A stretch of DNA of 20,000 nt, taken from IMG/VR virus record IMGVR_UViG_3300027747_004323, one strand, 5' to 3'. Positions within the stretch are counted from its first letter, which is position 1. Each line of letters opens with the position of its first letter. The position numbers were made by a program, and so were the translations under genes. Below are positions 1 to 5,961 of the stretch, one piece after another. Below the pieces are notes generated by a model that saw nothing but the letters and a program-made list of their open reading frames with translations, was not told the origin of the DNA and searched no databases. The DNA is from an uncultured virus (IMG/VR IMGVR_UViG_3300027747_004323) (taxonomy: Duplodnaviria; Heunggongvirae; Uroviricota; Caudoviricetes).

Positions 1-638
1 CGTCGAACGCCGGCGTATTTTTCGTTCCGCATGTCGTCCTTCACGACGGTGGTGTTGTTGGTCTCGAGTTCCTCGTCCATGTCGGGAACGTGCTGCCACG
101 ACAGTACAGAGTGGGGCGACACGTCGAAGCCGAAGAGGCCAAACACTTCCTGCAGACGAGATGCTACTTCTTGTGACTTCCAGTGCTGTCCGGTGACGAC
201 GACGCCGCAGCGTTTGCCCCACAGGGGATTGTCCTCGCCGTATACAGAATGACGATTCTCCAGGGTGTTCATCCTCTCGATGATGGTCTGGAGGAGGGCC
301 GTGTGGTTTCCCCACCGCACTGAGGTGGCCCACACGACGACATCTGCCCAAGAGAGCGCGTCGTATATGGCAGGCATCTCGTCTCTGCCACCGTACTTCT
401 CGGGCTCCTCCGAGGCGTGCTTGTGGGCCCAGCATCGGTACGGTCCTGATTCCGGATCTCCGCACTGTCGGCCGCCGTCGGCGTAACACGACAGGTTCTT
501 CACGATGTGGAGCTTGTTGGCGTCGATGTACTGCGTCTCGTGACCCACTGAGGCTGCGAGGCGCTCGACGAACGACAAGACAGCTCTCGATGAAGACCTT
601 CTCTCGTTCGTCGTCGTAGAAATGAGAAGTACTCTCAA
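1..638 (-). CDS. Flavodoxin-like / NADPH-dependent FMN reductase (WrbA/Isf-like) family protein, 3' end beyond window
   Basis: Not in the ORF track (no stop inside the window). Manual translation from TTG at 638, overlapping the upstream TGA at 635-637: MRVLLISTTTNERRSSSRAVL...HIVKNLSCYADGGRQCG...YRCWAH...DEMPAIYDALSWADVVVWATSVRWGNHTALLQTIIERM...NPLWGKRCGVVVTG, open to position 1. The D-M--IY--L--AD-VV-ATPVxW, ERM and GK--GVVVTG pattern fits the flavodoxin-like FMN reductase fold. Confidence 0.8.
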   Translation of the reverse strand, partial: MRVLLISTTTNERRSSSRAVLSFVERLAASVGHETQYIDANKLHIVKNLSCYADGGRQCGDPESGPYRCWAHKHASEEPEKYGGRDEMPAIYDALSWADVVVWATSVRWGNHTALLQTIIERMNTLENRHSVYGEDNPLWGKRCGVVVTGQHWKSQEVASRLQEVFGLFGFDVSPHSVLSWQHVPDMDEELETNNTTVVKDDMRNEKYAGVR

Positions 639-1159
639 GACTTCTTCTTCTTTCTCTTGGACTTCTTCACGGTCGCCCAGTCCTTCGACGGCGTGGCCGA
701 GTTGACCCGGGCCATCGCCCACTGGTGTTGCGACATCCCCTTGCGAGAGCCCGATGTCGCCCAGGCCGCGAGGCCCTTCTTGTACTCGGACTCGACCGAT
801 CCGGGAGTGAGACCTCTCTTCTCCGCCTTCTTGCGGAGAGTGGCCTTGGTCTTCTTGCTGAGTTCTTCAGATATCAGCTCAGAGACGAGGTCGCGCAGGA
901 GATCGAGAGACTCCTTCTTCGAGTCCGGACGAGGCTTGTTCTTCCAGCCCGGCTTCTCTCGTTCCTTCTTCTCCATCTCTTCACGGCGGGCGTATGCTCT
1001 CTTGACTCTCTCAGGATCTCCGCTTTCCAGGTCTGCCTTGGTCCGATCGAGCTGTTTGTCCCTCTTGCTTCCCTGCGGTGCTCCGTACTGAGGAGGATGC
1101 TCGGAGTCGTCCTTTTTCGCATCTTCTTGAATGATCAGAAGTTCTAAGAAATCGTCCAT
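635..1159 (-). CDS. Hypothetical protein with a basic C-terminal domain resembling viral DUF5824-type proteins
   Basis: Likely start MDDFLE at 1159 behind AGAGGA (SD), 174 aa. C-terminal YKKGLAAWATSGSRKGMSQHQWAMARVNS resembles the G-AAW-TG-RPG--QQ-W--ARV-S motif I recall from large-virus proteins; family name is from memory. Confidence 0.6.
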   Translation of the reverse strand: MDDFLELLIIQEDAKKDDSEHPPQYGAPQGSKRDKQLDRTKADLESGDPERVKRAYARREEMEKKEREKPGWKNKPRPDSKKESLDLLRDLVSELISEELSKKTKATLRKKAEKRGLTPGSVESEYKKGLAAWATSGSRKGMSQHQWAMARVNSATPSKDWATVKKSKRKKKKS

Positions 1160-1185
1160 GACATTCCTCTTTTCGTCCGGACCGG

Positions 1186-1614
1186 TCAGACGTGGCCACC
1201 GGCGTGCTGACACTTGCCTCCGCCAGCAAAGTACTCCATCCACGGCTTCAGCCGCTTATAGACATAGGCCTCGTCCTGCGGTGAGCCTTCGTAGAGATAT
1301 TTCTCTGCCTCTTCTGGAAGTGCTCCCGCACCGACGAGGACCTGAACTGCCTCGTCGTAAGAGTTCACCATGCAGCACAGAGCAGTGACCTCTGCTTGGG
1401 TCTGAGACGGGTCTTGAGCGAGTATCTCCTCAGCGAGGTCTGCAGGATCATGTCCCTGAAAGGACATGAAAGTCTGAAGCTCTTCGGGAGTCGCACCTGC
1501 AACATACGGGCAACGGGCGGAGGGTGCATCGGCAGGAGCGCGGCGGGCTTCTCTGAGGACTCGTGTCGCCTCCTCACGGATCAATGAACGGAGTTGCGAG
1601 AGTGTAGTTTTCAT
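1186..1614 (-). CDS. Hypothetical protein (142 aa) with shared N-terminal LRxxIREE peptide; putative head-packaged protein
   Basis: Start reassigned to ATG at 1614 (MKTTLSQLRSLIREEATRVLREA), which removes the overlap with the upstream gene and lies 5 nt after ATAATTA. Confidence 0.75.
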   Translation of the reverse strand: MKTTLSQLRSLIREEATRVLREARRAPADAPSARCPYVAGATPEELQTFMSFQGHDPADLAEEILAQDPSQTQAEVTALCCMVNSYDEAVQVLVGAGALPEEAEKYLYEGSPQDEAYVYKRLKPWMEYFAGGGKCQHAGGHV

Positions 1615-1619
1615 GGGAG

Positions 1620-1626
1620 TAATTAT
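1620..1626 (-). promoter_or_regulatory. Putative late promoter element ATAATTA
   Basis: AT-rich heptamer 5 nt upstream of the ATG at 1614; same spacing as at 2314, 3567 and 3868. Confidence 0.55.
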
Positions 1627-1645
1627 CCTTGCTAAGAACGGTGTG

Positions 1646-2308
1646 TCAGTAGTTTCGATCGAAGAATTCTTGAGCAATCCAACTCAGTCTATCTTGAGTG
1701 ATGCCCAGTCTTCGGAACTGCCTCGCGTAAGCAGCATGGTTCGCCTTGAGGCGTGCAGTTTTAGGACCCCGATTGATGAAATACGCGTAGTTCAACGGGT
1801 TCTTTGCGCCACCAGGATGCAGCTCTTCGGTATCGTCCACTTTTGGAGGAGTCTTTGGATCTTCCATGTCATCGAGGGGCTTCTTGACCACGTCTTCCCG
1901 ATTGTCCTTGTAGTATCTCCAGACCGCCTTGGCCCGGGGAGACACAGACGACCTGTCCGACACGAGACCTCCGCATTCGTCCATCGCAATGTCGTAGAGA
2001 AGTGGTCCGTAACCGTCACGGGCAGCAGTGGCGTTGACCGTCTTTGCTCCCCACTGAGGAGCCTCTTTGTCTCGATCTACCATGACCACGGCGTATATAG
2101 CCTTGTATGCCCTGCTGTCGTCCTCGTCCGCCTCGATTATCTTGATCAGCAGCTCTGGGTCGTACAGTATGAATGACTTTGGGTCGCCGGCGACGACGAC
2201 GAGGGCGAGGTCGTCCGAGAGTGCGTCCTTGACGGTGTTGGCCGCCTCGAAGACACGCTTGACTTCTTCTGAGATGACTCTGCGGAGTTGACGAACTGTG
2301 ATCTTCAT
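1646..2308 (-). CDS. Protein with shared N-terminal peptide and a possible GNAT-like (acetyltransferase-fold) domain
   Basis: 220 aa, starts MKITVRQLRRVISEEVKRVFEA. TAARDGYGPLLYDIAM resembles GNAT motif A, followed by SDRSSVSPRAKAVWRYY. CDS is well supported; the fold is tentative. Confidence 0.6.
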   Translation of the reverse strand: MKITVRQLRRVISEEVKRVFEAANTVKDALSDDLALVVVAGDPKSFILYDPELLIKIIEADEDDSRAYKAIYAVVMVDRDKEAPQWGAKTVNATAARDGYGPLLYDIAMDECGGLVSDRSSVSPRAKAVWRYYKDNREDVVKKPLDDMEDPKTPPKVDDTEELHPGGAKNPLNYAYFINRGPKTARLKANHAAYARQFRRLGITQDRLSWIAQEFFDRNY

Positions 2309-2313
2309 GTTAC

Positions 2314-2320
2314 TAACTAT
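2314..2320 (-). promoter_or_regulatory. Putative late promoter element ATAGTTA
   Basis: 5 nt upstream of the ATG at 2308; no SD between element and start. Confidence 0.6.
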
Positions 2321-2346
2321 GCTTCCCGCGTTCGAAAGAAGGACGC

Positions 2347-3561
2347 TTATGAAGCTTCCTCTGGTTCCAGTCCCACGAGACCCTGCATCGCCGAGATAAC
2401 CTTCTTGCCCATCATGCCTTCTGGGTCGAACTCCAAGGACTTCACGACCTTCTCGGCTCCCGAGCCGACCATCTTTTCCAGGGCCTTGCTGATCATCTTC
2501 GTCGCGTTCGCAAATAGATCCGTTATCGCCTGGGGATCTCCCGCGGCGCTGCGGATGACCGCCTCCAGCGAGGAGCCTCCACCGATGAGACCCTTCACTA
2601 TCTTGGGAATCACATCGAGGAGGGATCGGGTGCGGTTCTCGATGTCCATCTTGTCAGAGCGAAGCTTCTTCGCCGAAGTCCACATCTTTCCGGCGGCCTC
2701 GAGGACCTCCTCACCGCCCATGTCGGTGGAGAAGAAGGTGATGATGCGGAGGAAGAACATGCCGAGCTTCGACTTCGTGAAGCCCGCGGAATCGAACACA
2801 CCGATGATCTTCTTTGCAATGCCTTCGCTCTTCTTCAGTATCATGCTCACGACGCCGCTGATGATGGAACCGAGGATCTTGCGGAGGCTGAAGAATTTCT
2901 TGGCGGCTTCCACTGGATTTGTCTTGAAGTCGCTGAAGAACTCTTTCACCTTGTCCATCTGATCGCCGAAGTCCTTCTTGCCCTTCTCGATGAGCTCCTT
3001 GAGCTTCGCGACGACGCCGCTGTCGGACGATCCTGCCTCGAAGATCGTACCGAGGATCTTGTCTCGGTTGTCGGTCAAGAATGTTCCAAACTCCTTGGCT
3101 GCTTCGGAGACGTAGCCCTTGATCTTGTCTGCCGCTTCGGACGTAAAGTCCTTCAAGAACTCGAAGGCGTCTTTGCCGCCTGGTATCTTCTCGAGGAGGC
3201 TCATGAGGCACTTACCCGCTGCGGCGAGCTCTTCCCCGCCCGCTTTGAGGACCGCCTTGGCACCCCGACCGATAGCCCTCCCGGTCCAACGAATAGCGTT
3301 GGCAAAGCCCTGGACTATGTTTTCCACCAGCCGGCGTCCTCTGTTTGATAGTGTCTCGTTGAGTATCGCACCGCCCTTGGAGTACGCGAGGGCGAGGTCC
3401 CACTCTGTCATGATGCCGTGCACAGGAGAGTAGAAGACGAGGTCCCCTGACGTGTAGAAAGACTCACGAATTCTTCGTCTCGAGGGGAGGCGAACTTTTG
3501 ACTCTGTGAGGACAACTTCGCGGACGAGTGAGCGAAGGAGTCGGGTGTCGGTGTGACTCAT
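2347..3561 (-). CDS. Hypothetical, largely alpha-helical protein (404 aa) with shared N-terminal peptide
   Basis: Long ORF with phage-like codon usage; starts MSHTDTRLLRSLVREVVLTES; body is Ala/Gly/Lys-rich and amphipathic. Confidence 0.8.
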   Translation of the reverse strand: MSHTDTRLLRSLVREVVLTESKVRLPSRRRIRESFYTSGDLVFYSPVHGIMTEWDLALAYSKGGAILNETLSNRGRRLVENIVQGFANAIRWTGRAIGRGAKAVLKAGGEELAAAGKCLMSLLEKIPGGKDAFEFLKDFTSEAADKIKGYVSEAAKEFGTFLTDNRDKILGTIFEAGSSDSGVVAKLKELIEKGKKDFGDQMDKVKEFFSDFKTNPVEAAKKFFSLRKILGSIISGVVSMILKKSEGIAKKIIGVFDSAGFTKSKLGMFFLRIITFFSTDMGGEEVLEAAGKMWTSAKKLRSDKMDIENRTRSLLDVIPKIVKGLIGGGSSLEAVIRSAAGDPQAITDLFANATKMISKALEKMVGSGAEKVVKSLEFDPEGMMGKKVISAMQGLVGLEPEEAS

Positions 3562-3566
3562 GGTGT

Positions 3567-3597
3567 TAACTATCGTCTCTGTCAGGAGAATAATCAG
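3567..3597 (-). repeat. 31-bp upstream repeat, copy 1, containing the putative late promoter ATAGTTA
   Basis: taactatcgtctctgtcaggagaataatcag matches 3868-3898 at 29 of 31 positions; ends 5 nt before the ATG at 3561. Confidence 0.9.
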
Positions 3598-3615
3598 CTG
3601 ACTTTGCGCGAGAGG

Positions 3616-3861
3616 TCAGAGGCGGCCTAGGGCATCGAGGCCCTCGGGTGTGGGTGTCCATCCCTTGGAACCGAGATCCCACCGAACGTAACCCATTCCC
3701 TTCAGGGTCTGCGCAGACTTCCTTTCAGAGGGCGTCAGGGACTCATCGGGACGAGGACGAGAGCGAGCGATCTTGGAGAGGAGTGTCATGTCGGGCTCTG
3801 CAGAGACACGGGCAACTTCTTCTCGAATGATTTGACGGAGGGTGGAGATGCTAATCTTCAT
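3616..3861 (-). CDS. Small protein (81 aa): shared N-terminal peptide plus possible winged-helix domain
   Basis: MKISISTLRQIIREEV; C-terminal AQTLKGMGYVRW...GWTPTPEGLDAL matches the L--GYV...T-EG--AL wing pattern of MarR-like wHTH domains. Confidence 0.7.
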   Translation of the reverse strand: MKISISTLRQIIREEVARVSAEPDMTLLSKIARSRPRPDESLTPSERKSAQTLKGMGYVRWDLGSKGWTPTPEGLDALGRL

Positions 3862-3867
3862 GGAGAG

Positions 3868-3898
3868 TAACTATCATCTCCGTCAGGAGAATAATCAG
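3868..3898 (-). repeat. 31-bp upstream repeat, copy 2, containing the putative late promoter ATAGTTA
   Basis: taactatcatctccgtcaggagaataatcag; ends 6 nt before the ATG at 3861; contains a small inverted repeat TCTCC-GTCA-GGAGA. Confidence 0.9.
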
Positions 3899-3916
3899 AT
3901 AAATCGGGCCTATTAC

Positions 3917-3998
3917 CCACGGTGCATTTATGACAGAGTCCTTGGCGGGATTCTGGTGCTGCTTCCTCGTGCCGACTTGGAATGCTCTTGCACCGCGG
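3917..3998. other. Structured intergenic element (candidate ncRNA, three-stem junction)
   Basis: Outer arms CCACGGTGCA (3917-3926) and TGCACCGCGG (3989-3998) enclose CAGAGTCCT-TGGC-GGGATTCTG and a weaker TTCC..TCG-TGC-CGA..GGAA stem. Confidence 0.35.
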
Positions 3999-4000
3999 TT

Positions 4001-4031
4001 AAAACAGAAGAGGCCACCTTTCGGCGGCCTC
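4001..4031 (-). terminator. Rho-independent terminator of the capsid operon
   Basis: Minus strand GAGGCCGCC-GAAA-GGTGGCCTC followed by TTCTGTTTT, about 30 nt after the capsid stop codon. Confidence 0.9.
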
Positions 4032-4060
4032 CGCTGCTGTGTCTCAGACGTTTACGTGAA

Positions 4061-5920
4061 TCAGATCACGTTCATGTTGAGGCAGGTGACGGTTCCGTAG
4101 AAGTCCGAGCGAACGGTCTTCTTGCCGTAACGGGTCATCACTCCCTTGCGAGGCGTGAAGTCCTCAGGCGCGAAGATCGTCGGGGTCACGATGAGTGGCA
4201 CGTACGGAGCGTAGACGTAGCCCGTCTCGAGGTAGGAGCCGCCCTTGTAGCCGACGAGGATCTTGTTGCGCACGAAGTAGGGGTCCTTGTAGACCGTGAA
4301 GCGGTTGGAGAGCGTGCCGATCGCCTCTGCACCGATGGTGAAGGGGGATGCGACCTGACCCTCGCCGTCCATGGAGAACTTCGGCTTGTAGAGGACCGAG
4401 GACTCGAGGATCGTGCAGACGTCCGGACCCGTGACGAGGAAGTTCGCCGAGCCGCGGAGTGTCTTGCGGTGGATGGTGTTCGCGACGTCGATGATCGTCT
4501 CGATGAGGGTCTCGTACCACTCGCGGACAGTACCGGTGAACTGCGGGCCGATCGCGAGGGAGTCAGAGAGGCTCTGGCGAGCACCCGTCTGCTTGTTCAC
4601 GAAGACGCCCGGAGAACGCGACCAGTAGTAGTTCGCACCGTTGGCCTGAGACACGAGGTCGTTGAGGATCTCGCGGTCGATCTCGAGAGCGATCTGCTCC
4701 GAGAGGATCGAGGTGAGCTCGACCTCAGCGTCCATCGAGTGGTACGCGTTGAGGTCCTGAGCGAGTTCCGGCGACCAGCGAGCGCGGAGCTTGCGGGTCT
4801 CTGCCGTGATGCTGATTGCCTCGATCTTGATGTCGATCTCGGGGATGGGCGGCGTGGGGGTCGTGCCGAAGTCCGACTCGAAGGAGGGGACGGTGACCGT
4901 GGAGCCGACCGAAGAATCGACCGAGAGGGACGTCGAGACGGCGAACGAGACGTTTGCCTGCGATGCCGTTCCGCTGAGGAGGGCGCCGTTGGCTCCCTTC
5001 ACGAGCGTGAGGACGTGGGTTCCGTTGAGCGCGTCGGGTGTGAAGACGCCGCCCGACCAGTTACCGCGCTTGTTGAGGCGACGGAGGTTGAGGACGCCGC
5101 TGCCACCCTGATACGTCTCGCCCCAGGCAGACGCCGATGCGACGCCGCTGAAGAGGGCGAGCTGCTCTGCGGAGAGCTTGTCCATCTGGGTGAGAGAAGA
5201 GAGGGGGACGACTGCGAATGCTGCATCGAGGTCGTTGACGGAGAGGGCCGTCTCGACCTGAGCGTCGAAGTCAGCGAAGCGGGCGTTGGTTCCCGTGAAG
5301 TCGGTGACCGAGGAGATCACTGCTCCAGCGTTCCAGACGTCACCGACGCCCTTCCAGGCGCCGACGGCGGTGAGGGTGAGACCCGATGCCGAGCCCGTCA
5401 CGCGGCTGTAGCCGGTGCCGACGAGGTCGTACATTCCACCGGTCGCGAGAGATCCGCTCTGGACGCCCTTGCCCGTGGGGTTGTTGTAGATCGACTGGCC
5501 CTTGGTGTACGAGGACGAGAGAGCCGCGTTGGAACCGTAGGGCGTGCCCACGTTGGTTCCGTAGGTGTAGTCCAGATAGAAGATGAGTCCCGAGGGGAGG
5601 CTCATCGGCTGGATCGACACGAGCTCGTTGGCAACGAGGCCGCCGAACACCCTGCGGACGATCGGGAAGGCGATGTTGCTGAAGCCCTGGATCTGGCCCG
5701 AGCCGGCGAGGTTACCGCCACCGGTCGAGAGAGAGGAGGACTCCTTGAGGACCTGAGCTGCCTGGTTCTCCAGGAGCTGGGCCATGACCTCACGGCGGGT
5801 GCCGTCGAGGCCGCGGAGGAGGCCGGTGCGCGACCACTTCTCCGTGAGGCGAGCGCGCTCAGCACCGACGTGCTTCTCGCGGATGCCCTGTGCTAACTGA
5901 TCAAGACTGAAGTATTTCAT
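4061..5920 (-). CDS. gp23: Major capsid protein, T4 gp23-like
   Basis: Motifs LLENQ, FPIVRRVF, VSIQPMSLPSGLIFYL, TRKLRARWSPELAQDLNAYHSMDAEVELTSILSEQIALEIDREI, YAPYVPL, FTPRKGVMTRYG; strong SD AGGAG; strong codon bias. Confidence 0.97.
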   Translation of the reverse strand: MKYFSLDQLAQGIREKHVGAERARLTEKWSRTGLLRGLDGTRREVMAQLLENQAAQVLKESSSLSTGGGNLAGSGQIQGFSNIAFPIVRRVFGGLVANELVSIQPMSLPSGLIFYLDYTYGTNVGTPYGSNAALSSSYTKGQSIYNNPTGKGVQSGSLATGGMYDLVGTGYSRVTGSASGLTLTAVGAWKGVGDVWNAGAVISSVTDFTGTNARFADFDAQVETALSVNDLDAAFAVVPLSSLTQMDKLSAEQLALFSGVASASAWGETYQGGSGVLNLRRLNKRGNWSGGVFTPDALNGTHVLTLVKGANGALLSGTASQANVSFAVSTSLSVDSSVGSTVTVPSFESDFGTTPTPPIPEIDIKIEAISITAETRKLRARWSPELAQDLNAYHSMDAEVELTSILSEQIALEIDREILNDLVSQANGANYYWSRSPGVFVNKQTGARQSLSDSLAIGPQFTGTVREWYETLIETIIDVANTIHRKTLRGSANFLVTGPDVCTILESSVLYKPKFSMDGEGQVASPFTIGAEAIGTLSNRFTVYKDPYFVRNKILVGYKGGSYLETGYVYAPYVPLIVTPTIFAPEDFTPRKGVMTRYGKKTVRSDFYGTVTCLNMNVI

Positions 5921-5961
5921 CGTAATCTCCTGTTATTCCTTGTTGGTATGGGTTGAATCAA

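Noticed and set aside
200..235. Apparent frameshift in the flavodoxin-like gene near NPL..GKRCG
   Set aside because: Recount of the C run (tgcccca) shows the frame is continuous: NPLWGKRCG.
3917..3998. tRNA-sized element with a 7-bp perfect closing stem
   Set aside because: No TTCRA T-loop, D-loop or anticodon arm geometry; kept only as a generic structured element.
3842..5896. 684-aa plus-strand ORF antisense to the capsid gene
   Set aside because: It is in codon register with the capsid gene; avoidance of TTA/CTA/TCA codons in a highly biased gene removes antisense stops. It ends at a TTA Leu codon and the product has no recognisable motifs.
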